A stretch of DNA of 41,290 bases from a virus (Duplodnaviria; Caudoviricetes): positions 1-41,290 of the IMG/VR virus record IMGVR_UViG_3300017747_002462. The stretch is one strand, 5' to 3'. A model generated the notes under the pieces. The model was not told the DNA's origin and ran no database searches. It worked only from the letters and a program-made list of their open reading frames with translations. Position 1 is the stretch's first letter, and each line of letters starts with the position of its first letter. Shown here piece by piece: positions 33,243 through 41,290 of the stretch. The position numbers were made by a program, and so were the translations under genes.

Positions 33243-34924
33243 CAGCGGCTCCCCTCGTAGACGACGTCAGGCTCGATTCCACCGGCAAAGGTCCAGGTCT
33301 CGCTTGCGGGGATACGGAGCTTCGCGCGAGCGTGCCGCGTCGATACACGTTGCGGGCAAAAGCCCTGCGCATTGATGGCCGTCTCTGTCGAGAACGATGC
33401 CGCGACCTTCAGCGACTCGCGCGCACCGACGCTGCAATAAGCCTCGTCGGCATCAGTGATAGGATACAGGCCGCGGATGAATAGACGCTTCGCAATGCCA
33501 GATTGCTCTGACGTGGTGAGCGTCGCCTCCTTGTTCGACCCGGTGAAATACGACAATTCAGCATCAGCATTGAACATGCCCAAGTTGTTCAGCGATGCGT
33601 TGGAGTAGTCGTCGAGGCTCGTGTCCAAATCGTCGATCGCGCCAGCGACATAGCCGCCAGACGTATAGGCATTAGAGAACGTCGAGCCCTGCAGGTCGAT
33701 GTGCGTCCCGTCGATGACGGTGATTGTCCACGTTCCATTGGCTTCAGTCGTGCCGCCGACGTTGTGAACGTCTTTGATGTCGCTCGTTGTCCATCCGGTC
33801 GTGCTGGAGACGGTGAGGCGAATGAGGCCCGCGCCGTTGTTAGCCGCGCCTGAAATGGCGATACCGTTGATTGCGCCGAGCGCCTCTAGCGTCAGTCCTG
33901 GACGGCCGATGGACCCAATCATGGTCCCCACAAGCTCTATAGGAGACCAGCGGTTGAGCTGAGCGTTGTAGACGAGAGCCCGATTGAACCGATCGCCTGC
34001 ATATGACGTCTCGTGGTACGTCCACAGGATCAGGTTATTGGCCGGATCGGACACCGCCTGAATTAGCCCGTGCTTGGCCTGGTCGGCGATGGCGAGGAAC
34101 GTTCGGTCGACGCGCTCGTGACCGATCGGGGAGATTTGCCCGTCACTGGTGAGGCGCACGAAGCCCTTGAGGCTCAGGCAGTAGATAAGCCCGTTGCTCT
34201 CGACCACGGACCACGGTGCGAACGTGCCAACGTCGGTGGCGATGCGGTCGATCTGGAATATGATGTCCGAGCCAGGCGTGAACGTCATCCGACGCACGGA
34301 TTGCTCTTGGATGATCAAGCCGTATTCACCGCCGACAACGCGCTGAACGGCGCCACCATCGGGCAAATCCTGATAGTCCGAATAGTTCGTGCCGACTGTC
34401 CATGTCGTGATCGCGTTGAGACCAGACCACTGCACCCGCCGCGGCTGGCCATTGATGTTCGAAGCCACGAGGAAGCGGTTGACGATAGCGAGGAATGCCG
34501 CCTGAGGTGGCGAGCCGGCGAGATCTGCGAACGCCGAATCCGACTCGACGTCGAACACTTGCATCACGTCGTTTGCCTGGGTGGCAATGACCTTCTGATT
34601 GAACTGGACGAATGACCAGTTTGCCGCCGTGGCAAGCGGGGAATACGTGCCGGCAGCCTTGCTGACATCGGTCCACTCGAGCGTGGTGTTGTCGAGAAGG
34701 TATAGCTTGTCATCCGTGCCGGCGAAGATGGCCAAGGTCTGATCGTTGCGGCGAGCCATGAATAGGCCGCGGGGATTGTCGGGGAGTGCGCCAGTGATAG
34801 CCGTTGCGTCCTTGACCGGCCCATACCCATCCGAACGCGGGATGACGTTCAGCAAAGTCGCGGTCGATTGACCGTTGAAATCGCTGACGTCAGGCCGGTA
34901 TTCGGGGAACGGGAGGACTGGCAT
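33242..34924 (-). CDS. Tail nozzle/packaged-DNA stabilisation protein (P22 gp10/T7 gp12 position) with a small inserted beta domain
   Basis: 560 aa, beta-propeller-like; insert ISGAANNGAGLIRLTV...NGTWTITVIDGTHIDLQGSTF. Confidence 0.7.
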   Translation of the reverse strand: MPVLPFPEYRPDVSDFNGQSTATLLNVIPRSDGYGPVKDATAITGALPDNPRGLFMARRNDQTLAIFAGTDDKLYLLDNTTLEWTDVSKAAGTYSPLATAANWSFVQFNQKVIATQANDVMQVFDVESDSAFADLAGSPPQAAFLAIVNRFLVASNINGQPRRVQWSGLNAITTWTVGTNYSDYQDLPDGGAVQRVVGGEYGLIIQEQSVRRMTFTPGSDIIFQIDRIATDVGTFAPWSVVESNGLIYCLSLKGFVRLTSDGQISPIGHERVDRTFLAIADQAKHGLIQAVSDPANNLILWTYHETSYAGDRFNRALVYNAQLNRWSPIELVGTMIGSIGRPGLTLEALGAINGIAISGAANNGAGLIRLTVSSTTGWTTSDIKDVHNVGGTTEANGTWTITVIDGTHIDLQGSTFSNAYTSGGYVAGAIDDLDTSLDDYSNASLNNLGMFNADAELSYFTGSNKEATLTTSEQSGIAKRLFIRGLYPITDADEAYCSVGARESLKVAASFSTETAINAQGFCPQRVSTRHARAKLRIPASETWTFAGGIEPDVVYEGSR

Positions 34925-35562
34925 CAGAACTCCATCGCTCTGATACGGCCCTTGGCCGCCTGCGTGAGCATGGCGGTGCGGCCCTTCAATTGGTCATAGG
35001 CTTCCTCGAGCGCCTGCGTCATCGTCTGAGCGAGGTCGATGTCCTTCAGGACGTGCAGGGCGAGTTCAGCCTTGGCGCGCGAGCGAATGAGCCGCTCGGC
35101 GTGCGTCATCCACGGGTTTGACGCTTCGCCATCGCTTGCCGGAGCCGCGACCTTGTACGAGGCACCAATGCGAACCGTGTAGACGGCATCTGGAGTAGGA
35201 TAGAGCCGGATCTGATCGCCGTACCACGTATAGGCCCATGGCTGCCCGGTGCCATCTGTGCCCGTGCTGTCGATCTCCATGTCTTCTGGGCGCTCATACT
35301 CGAGCTGATGCGCCTGAGTGCCGACGTACACGACGACGTAATCGATCTTCTGGATTTTGCCGATGTCGGCATCGTCGCTCGAGCTGTAGAATTCCTGATC
35401 GGCCACTGTGACGAACGTCAGCGCGCGAGATTCGTTGAAGTGGAACCGCTCGTCTTCGTAGGCGGCAATAGCATCAGTGATGGCGTAAGCAATCTGTGAC
35501 GTCAGATCGCTTCGCGCCAGTTCGTCGGCGATTCTCGCCTTCATGATGGTCTGTGTGGTCAC
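34924..35562 (-). CDS. Head-tail adaptor protein
   Basis: MKARIADELARSDL..GQPWAY..IRLYPTPDAVY; position. Confidence 0.75.
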   Translation of the reverse strand: MTTQTIMKARIADELARSDLTSQIAYAITDAIAAYEDERFHFNESRALTFVTVADQEFYSSSDDADIGKIQKIDYVVVYVGTQAHQLEYERPEDMEIDSTGTDGTGQPWAYTWYGDQIRLYPTPDAVYTVRIGASYKVAAPASDGEASNPWMTHAERLIRSRAKAELALHVLKDIDLAQTMTQALEEAYDQLKGRTAMLTQAAKGRIRAMEF

Positions 35563-36032
35563 AGGATCTCCAGCGTGATCTCAAAGACCTCAGAACTCGT
35601 CGGCGTGTAGGTGCCGATGGCTTGAATTAGCCCGTAAATCCTGGAATTCAGGGCTGGCAGCTTGAACACGGCACCGTTCGTGATCGTGAACGCCTTCCAC
35701 AGATACGCGGTGCCCGACATCGCGCCGGTCGTCATGTCCGCCGCAATGGAGTCGATGTAGTACTGAGCTGTGCTAACGGCGAATGCCCCGTTGTCGCCGT
35801 TGGTGACGACGGGAGATGCCGAGAACAAGTGAATGCGGAAGCTGGCCTGCGTGGCGACGTTGGATGACTTCGCCACGCGAATACGAGAGATGTGGCCAGC
35901 AGTGCCAACACCGTTGGTTGCCCATGACAAAGGCGTCACGGAGCCAGCGGTTGCACTGTTGGCAATCAGGTCGTTGGCATCGTAAGCGGTTGTTCCGCTC
36001 ACTTTGGTCATGGTGGCGAATGGCGTGTACAT
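35559..36032 (-). CDS. Putative structural protein (157 aa)
   Basis: GGAGG RBS; beta-rich; in the head cluster. Confidence 0.65.
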   Translation of the reverse strand: MYTPFATMTKVSGTTAYDANDLIANSATAGSVTPLSWATNGVGTAGHISRIRVAKSSNVATQASFRIHLFSASPVVTNGDNGAFAVSTAQYYIDSIAADMTTGAMSGTAYLWKAFTITNGAVFKLPALNSRIYGLIQAIGTYTPTSSEVFEITLEIL

Positions 36033-36042
36033 TTCGCCTCCC

Positions 36043-36426
36043 TTAGAGAGCCTTGACGACCATGAAGTAGATTTTTAGCGTTCCATCCAGCGCCACAGCG
36101 GAGGCGTGAAGATTGGAAATCTTGAACTCCACCGTGCTCGCCGTGACAGTCGCTCGGGTCAGCGTCGGCGTGCCTGCGGTACAGGTGCCGAAGCCGATCG
36201 TTGCCAGCACGAAGTCGCCAGCAGCAACCTCGCTATTGGTCAGCGTGACCGTGGCGACGGCGTTCTGAGCGCTCGTAAGTGCTTCAGTCGTGATGATGCC
36301 GATGCGCGAGTTGATGGTGACAGCGGCAGACGATGCAGTGCCAAGACCGATCTCAGACGAGAGGCCAGCCAACTGCATAAACATATTGCGGTTTTCGGTA
36401 TTGATACCTGCGGCGCCCGTGGGCAT
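36043..36426 (-). CDS. Putative head decoration/structural protein (127 aa)
   Basis: AGGAG RBS; Thr/Ala-rich. Confidence 0.65.
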   Translation of the reverse strand: MPTGAAGINTENRNMFMQLAGLSSEIGLGTASSAAVTINSRIGIITTEALTSAQNAVATVTLTNSEVAAGDFVLATIGFGTCTAGTPTLTRATVTASTVEFKISNLHASAVALDGTLKIYFMVVKAL

Positions 36427-36450
36427 GTGCTTCTCCTATGAGAGAGGTTA

Positions 36451-36472
36451 GGGGGAGACCGAAGCCTCCCCC
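36451..36472 (-). terminator. UUCG-capped hairpin after the capsid/decoration genes (weak terminator or mRNA stabiliser)
   Basis: GGGGGAGGC-TTCG-GTCTCCCCC on the minus strand; no long U tract. Confidence 0.5.
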
Positions 36473-36481
36473 GTCATGCCC

Positions 36482-36898
36482 TTAGTAGGCGGTGCGCGGG
36501 TTCGGGAAGATGTACATGGCGTACACAACCGCCGAACCGGCCGTGATCGTCGAACCCGACGTGATGGAAGCAACGATCGAGATATCGGCGGTTGCCGAGT
36601 AATCGTTGTTCGCCACATGCGGGTCGGTCGAGACGTCGCGGATATGGCCGGCAGTCGTCATGACGAGCGCCGAGCCGAAGGCGTCGGGATCGTCGGACGT
36701 GCCGAGATCCATCACCACAGAGCCCGCAGTGAAGGCCGTGGTGACAACGGCGCCGACCTGGATCACGACAGCGGTCGGCGGGATCTTGCCAATTGTGACC
36801 ACAAGGTCATCATCGGCGAAGGTCAGCGTCTTCGCGACGTAGTGCACCATGCTCTGATGGTATTCCTGGCCCTGTGCGCCAGCGGTGTTCGTAGCCAT
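36482..36898 (-). CDS. Capsid cement/decoration protein
   Basis: 138 aa directly after the capsid gene; IGKIPP.AVV...VVTTAF...DLGT..DPDAF. Confidence 0.65.
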   Translation of the reverse strand: MATNTAGAQGQEYHQSMVHYVAKTLTFADDDLVVTIGKIPPTAVVIQVGAVVTTAFTAGSVVMDLGTSDDPDAFGSALVMTTAGHIRDVSTDPHVANNDYSATADISIVASITSGSTITAGSAVVYAMYIFPNPRTAY

Positions 36899-36925
36899 GT
36901 GTTTGTGCTCCTATTCGCTGGCTGA

Positions 36926-37999
36926 TCAGGACGAGGCGGTGGCGTAGGACGAGACAACGATGCTGCCGAAGTCGACCGAGTTGAACACGGTCTTCTTGAG
37001 CCCGCAGATGCCCCACGCCGAGACCTCGAGCTTGCGCTTGTGGTCCAGCAGTTCCTCGTTCCAGCGGTATTTGTTGACCCCGGTGTTCTTCTTGCCGTGG
37101 GCTGCAACCGCCGCCTGGGCACCAAGGAGGACCGCGCGACGAACCGTGGTGATGGCCGCACCCGACGAGCCGTTGACGCCCTGGGTGACGTCCTGAGACG
37201 TGCGGAGGATGACGCCGTTGTACTCGCCGAGAGCGCCGGAATAGATCGGGCTCTTGCTCGACTCCATGCCGGCCATCGCGGCCTTCTGGATGTCCAGCCA
37301 CTGGCCAGTCGAGGCGTTCGTACGCATCGAGGTGACCTGATAGGGGTGGAGGTACATGACGTACTTCTTGCCGCCGCCGATGCGGACAGGCTTCACCATG
37401 TTGTTGCCAACCTTGGCCATCTCGACCGCCTGGTCGATGAGGTTCAAGGTGAAGGTGTCGGCGCTGGTGATGTCTTGGTCAGCGGTACCGGAGCCGGCAA
37501 CGATGCGGCGCGTGGACGACGGAGCAACAACAGCGTTTAGGCCGGTGTACTTCGTGTTGGTTTGGACAGTGTAACCGCACATTTGGTTGAAAAACCATGC
37601 GGATTTGCGGTCAGCCCACCATTCCGCGAGAGCGTCCTTGGCTTCTTCGCGCAGGTTCATGTGGACGCGCTGTGCGTCGATGGTGTTTTCCGACTTCACG
37701 CCGACGATGTGACCAAGCTCGTTGATCAGGATCGAGTCGGAGTAGATCGAGAGCGCTTCGCCGTTGCCTTCAGCGACTTCGTTTTCCGTGCGGCCGTCGC
37801 CAGCGAGGCGCGTGCGCAGGGCAAACGTCACCTTGTCGCCGGCGCCCTTGCTGGTCTCATCCTTCACATGGATGATCGAGTTGGGATCGCTGCCGAATAG
37901 CGGGGCTATGTCGAGCATTTCGCGCTCGGCAACTGCCATGGACTTTGCGTAGAGCTTTACCGCGAGAGCGTCATTGACGCCGAATGAAGTCATAGCCAT
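36926..37999 (-). CDS. Major capsid protein (N4 gp56/DUF4043-like)
   Basis: KGAGDKVTF.L..L.G.G..EGNGEAL, YVMYLHPYQ, GALGEYNGVIL, RAVLLGAQA, GLKKTVFNSVDFG. Confidence 0.9.
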   Translation of the reverse strand: MAMTSFGVNDALAVKLYAKSMAVAEREMLDIAPLFGSDPNSIIHVKDETSKGAGDKVTFALRTRLAGDGRTENEVAEGNGEALSIYSDSILINELGHIVGVKSENTIDAQRVHMNLREEAKDALAEWWADRKSAWFFNQMCGYTVQTNTKYTGLNAVVAPSSTRRIVAGSGTADQDITSADTFTLNLIDQAVEMAKVGNNMVKPVRIGGGKKYVMYLHPYQVTSMRTNASTGQWLDIQKAAMAGMESSKSPIYSGALGEYNGVILRTSQDVTQGVNGSSGAAITTVRRAVLLGAQAAVAAHGKKNTGVNKYRWNEELLDHKRKLEVSAWGICGLKKTVFNSVDFGSIVVSSYATASS

Positions 38000-38242
38000 G
38001 AGTGGCCGCCCTTCCTGATGAGGATGTTTTCAGGTGCTGCGCGGTATCGCTGCGCGGGCGGAACGGTCTGGCATCAGCCATAGAGACCGGGGCTATGTGC
38101 GGTGTGGTTACGGACCGCAGCCGGAACGGCAAAACGCGCCGGGACAAACCAACAAGTGGTTCGCCGCGTCGCTCTCTCGCACTGGATCTTGGGGGATCTT
38201 AGTCTTTGATGGAAGTTGCGGTGACCAGCCGCTCCATCGGTA

Positions 38243-39229
38243 TTAGCCGCCCATCAATTCCCGCATCTTGGCTTTACCCAACTTCGCGGAGACGGCTGCA
38301 AACTGTTCTTCATCCATATCTGCAAGTGCGGCTAATGTCAATCCCTCACCAGATGTTCCACCAGCATTTGTTAGCGACGCGCCTGCTGTTTTCTGCGCTT
38401 GTGCAAGCTCGCCGATACGTTTCATCGGATCGTTTGCCGCGTCCTTTGCCTGCGCAGCGGTCGCTCTGAATCCGCGAGCAATCGCGATCTTGTGCAGCAT
38501 CTGCGCAGGCGACATGCGAGACTGAAACGCATTTTGCACAATCGACCGTTCCTCTTGTGCGATAAGGCGATTGCGTTGCATGACATCGTGCACGCCTGCG
38601 GCCTCAAGTTCCTGATGACGCGACGACATGAGGTAGCCGTAAGCGTCTTTGAAGTCGGGCGTCTCGCTCAGGTACGACTGAGCATCACGCATGTAGGCAT
38701 CTTGCATCGCTCGCGAGTTCTCACGGGCTTCGCCTTGCTGCCGCGTGTTGTTGATCTCCGCCTCGAGCTTCGCAATCTTGCTCATTGCGTGGTTGAGCGC
38801 GCCGATGGGATCTGTGTCCGGGTTCGGCTCAGGCGTGCCTGGGTTAACCGGCTCGCTGGCCTTGCCCAAGATGTCGTTCAGGACGTTCAAGCGCTCGTCG
38901 GCGCGGGCCATCTTCTCCCGAGTGGTGTGGAGTTCGTCCCGTGTCGCCTTGTACTTCTCTCTGACCTCATGAAATGCCTGGTGAGGGACGAAGCGGCCCT
39001 TGCCGTCTCGTGGCTTGCCGTCCGGGCCGAGCGTGACGAGTTCGTCAGGGTTGTCGATGTCAAGATCAGGCGATTTCTGCACAGGTTCTGGCGATGTGTT
39101 CGCCTCCTGCACACTTCCGTTGTTCTCTGCCTCAAGCCCCGCCGTATCAGTGCCCCCGCTCTTGAAATAAGCAGCCTCAGCCGGAGTGAATGACTCGCTG
39201 CTGTCGCCTGTAGACATTTCAGTGCTCAT
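38243..39229 (-). CDS. Scaffolding protein
   Basis: Between portal and capsid; acidic N-terminus, RFVPHQAFHEVREKYK coiled coil, LADMDEEQF C-terminus. Confidence 0.8.
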   Translation of the reverse strand: MSTEMSTGDSSESFTPAEAAYFKSGGTDTAGLEAENNGSVQEANTSPEPVQKSPDLDIDNPDELVTLGPDGKPRDGKGRFVPHQAFHEVREKYKATRDELHTTREKMARADERLNVLNDILGKASEPVNPGTPEPNPDTDPIGALNHAMSKIAKLEAEINNTRQQGEARENSRAMQDAYMRDAQSYLSETPDFKDAYGYLMSSRHQELEAAGVHDVMQRNRLIAQEERSIVQNAFQSRMSPAQMLHKIAIARGFRATAAQAKDAANDPMKRIGELAQAQKTAGASLTNAGGTSGEGLTLAALADMDEEQFAAVSAKLGKAKMRELMGG

Positions 39230-41290
39230 TGTGCCCCCATTGCTCCATTAGGTACTGTCGGCATCGTCGGAACCTGCGGCCCCCTGTTCTGGTCGCTCTG
39301 GCTTGGCTCGACGATCATTGGATCAGAGATGCCCACGCTCGGCGTGCCTTCCAATAGGTCGGCTTGGTGACGTGCAAGGTTGGCCTGAGCGCCAGCAACC
39401 GCAGCGTTGGCGAGGTCCAGCACGCCCTTGGCTCGTGCGGCAGCAGCGCCTGCGCTGTTCTTGTCGGCCGTGGACTTGTTGACCTCGATCTTGGCCATAG
39501 CGTCGGCGATCATGAGCTGCTTTTGCTGCTCTGCGTCGGCGTTGGGCTCGCTCGCCTTCTGTGCCAGCTCCTTGAGGCTCTCGACGACCTTGGACGGCAG
39601 TGGCGAGAATTCCAGCAAGGTCAGCGCTACCTCTGGCGTCATGAAGTCCTTGAGCATCGGCATGAGCTGGATGATGAATTGCCACGTCTCCTGCTTCTGG
39701 TTCGGAGACGTCGGCGAGTCGTCAATGATGACCTCGAACTTGCCGAGCGTGTGGTCCTTCAAGAGCGGGACAGCCTTCATTCCGTCCTGACCAGCCACGC
39801 GGATCATGCGGCCATCGGCGAGATAGGTCTGGATGAACACCAAGCGCACTCGGCCTACGTTCTTGCGGAACCGCCGAAGCGAATCGAACATCGTGGCGAG
39901 GATGGTCATAGCGGCTTGCTTGCGCTGAGCTTCGAGCACGCCCGGCTGATTGGCGTCTCTCATCCCGAGCAGTTCGAGGTTGATGCCAGTTACGTCACGG
40001 ATGGACGACACGGCGAACTCGAGCAAATTGACATAGGCTGTTGGGATGCCGACGCCCGGCTTCTGCATGATCTTGCCCTTGGAGATCGCTCCAGGGGCCG
40101 TGAATGTGATTGCATCGGGCTGCGCGTAGGTGTCTTGGGCCTCGCGCATGTCCTCGAACGAATCCTTCTCGGCGAGGATGCCGCCCTTGGCCGTGGTGTT
40201 CAGGATGTGCAGCGTCTGGCTGAGCCACTTGTTCGCCCACATCTGCGGATCGCGCATGAGGCGGATAAGGCCGAACCATGTTCCCTTGTTGCGATCACGC
40301 TCGCCAGTGATGCAGCTATAGGTGAACGAGTCGCGGGCCGGGCAGTCCATCACCTCGCCGATGATGACCTTGCCGAGAAAGGCGTGCTTGTAGACCTTCC
40401 TCGTCTGCCTGACGTGCGTGTATTGGATGCCATTGGAGCGCGCGAGCTGCTCGAACTCGTCGAAGCGGGCCTGGTCTAGCTCAGCCTCCTGCGGCTGATC
40501 GCCTGGGATGGCATAGCCGACACGAAACACTGATTTCCGCTCGATCCACTGAGCATGAACGATATAGACGTCGTTGTCCGCTGATCCAGTGGTGTTCTCA
40601 TCGCGGCGGCGACGTTCCTCGACGGCCTTGCCCGGCTCAGTCTCGGCGCCCACAGCCCACGACGCGTCCAGGTCATCGTCCATGATGTTCTGAGCGCCGA
40701 TCGATGCCGCGAAGTCCTTGGCTTCGTCCAGGCTCATCTTGCGCACCCGGAACACACGCCTTGCATCGTTCAGGTTCTTCGCACGAGCCGATCGATCCCA
40801 ATACATTTCGAGGGGATCAACCTTCGTCTCGACGTACATCCCGTTAGGGTCTTCCTCATAGGATATGCGGGCCTCAGTCCAGCCCATGCCGACGATGATA
40901 GCGTCTTGGAATGCCTCGCTCTGCTCGTCCTCAGCGTCACAGCCATCGGCCATCCACTGGCTTGCAGACGTCAGCAGCTCATTGGCCTTGATCGATCCGG
41001 GCTCGTTGCCTCTCGGGAGATAAACGGTATCGTGCCGCCCATTGATCTCGATGCCAGCAACGGCCTTGATGATGGACAGCGCCCGATTGAACGTGATGAC
41101 CGGCCGCTTCTGCTCGCTCAGTGCGGCAGCATCCTCGGAGCTCCACTGGTCGCCAGCGGCAAAGCCGAAGTCTGCCTTGGCTTGGCGCCTCCACTCGGAG
41201 CTGTGCTCCATATCCGCGATGAACCACTTCTTCAGGTTCAGATAGAGAGCATCCGTATCGAGCTTGGACGGCTCGCCTGTCGGCTCTACG
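39226..41290 (-). CDS. Portal protein, P22-like (N-terminus continues at 1-152)
   Basis: GDQW..RPVITFN, FGLIRLMRDPQ..NK, TGIN.ELLG, GKFEVIIDDSP motifs. Confidence 0.92.
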   Translation of the reverse strand, partial: VEPTGEPSKLDTDALYLNLKKWFIADMEHSSEWRRQAKADFGFAAGDQWSSEDAAALSEQKRPVITFNRALSIIKAVAGIEINGRHDTVYLPRGNEPGSIKANELLTSASQWMADGCDAEDEQSEAFQDAIIVGMGWTEARISYEEDPNGMYVETKVDPLEMYWDRSARAKNLNDARRVFRVRKMSLDEAKDFAASIGAQNIMDDDLDASWAVGAETEPGKAVEERRRRDENTTGSADNDVYIVHAQWIERKSVFRVGYAIPGDQPQEAELDQARFDEFEQLARSNGIQYTHVRQTRKVYKHAFLGKVIIGEVMDCPARDSFTYSCITGERDRNKGTWFGLIRLMRDPQMWANKWLSQTLHILNTTAKGGILAEKDSFEDMREAQDTYAQPDAITFTAPGAISKGKIMQKPGVGIPTAYVNLLEFAVSSIRDVTGINLELLGMRDANQPGVLEAQRKQAAMTILATMFDSLRRFRKNVGRVRLVFIQTYLADGRMIRVAGQDGMKAVPLLKDHTLGKFEVIIDDSPTSPNQKQETWQFIIQLMPMLKDFMTPEVALTLLEFSPLPSKVVESLKELAQKASEPNADAEQQKQLMIADAMAKIEVNKSTADKNSAGAAAARAKGVLDLANAAVAGAQANLARHQADLLEGTPSVGISDPMIVEPSQSDQNRGPQVPTMPTVPNGAMGAQ
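41168..41290. repeat. Terminal direct repeat, copy 2
   Basis: Identical to 1-123. Confidence 0.97.

Noticed and set aside
27923-40479. Long plus-strand ORFs (e.g. 27923-29104, 30695-31666, 39364-40479)
   Set aside because: Antisense shadows of GC-rich structural genes; no recognisable motifs
41168-41290. 123-bp terminal repeat as a biological direct terminal repeat
   Set aside because: It falls in the middle of the portal gene and is the usual overlap of a circular assembly; P22-type terminases typically package headfuls

Overview
This window is a complete, circularly permuted temperate phage genome of about 41.17 kb: bases 1-123 repeat exactly at 41168-41290, and the portal gene runs across that junction. 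It has P22-type portal and terminase genes, an N4-gp56/DUF4043-like major capsid protein and short-tail (podovirus) morphogenesis and ejection genes. The host is probably alphaproteobacterial (inferred from gene content and the tRNA-Val(GAC) attP core). The minus-strand late arm encodes TerS, a split TerL, portal, scaffold, capsid, tail, ejection proteins, two tail fibres and lysis genes. The early arms carry a cI/cro switch with GTTAC-N5-GTAAC operators, a replication initiator with iterons, an ERF recombinase, HNH nucleases, xis/int and attP. The most unusual signal is a family of nine ~45-60 bp 'TGAC-hairpin-TCG-hairpin' ends whose stems co-vary. They bracket four unrelated cargo segments (219, 228, 303 and 339 bp, all multiples of 3 and in the same reading phase) inside accessory genes, which suggests an in-frame protein-module cassette system. 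Other notable items are a tRNA-shaped non-tRNA RNA flanked by 29-bp direct repeats next to attP, a TerL split by a coupled small ORF, a micro-protein repeating the TerL C-terminal heptapeptide, a linker-repeat modular protein in the ejection cluster, and a repressor lacking the autocleavage residues. All family assignments are by eye; no database search was run.
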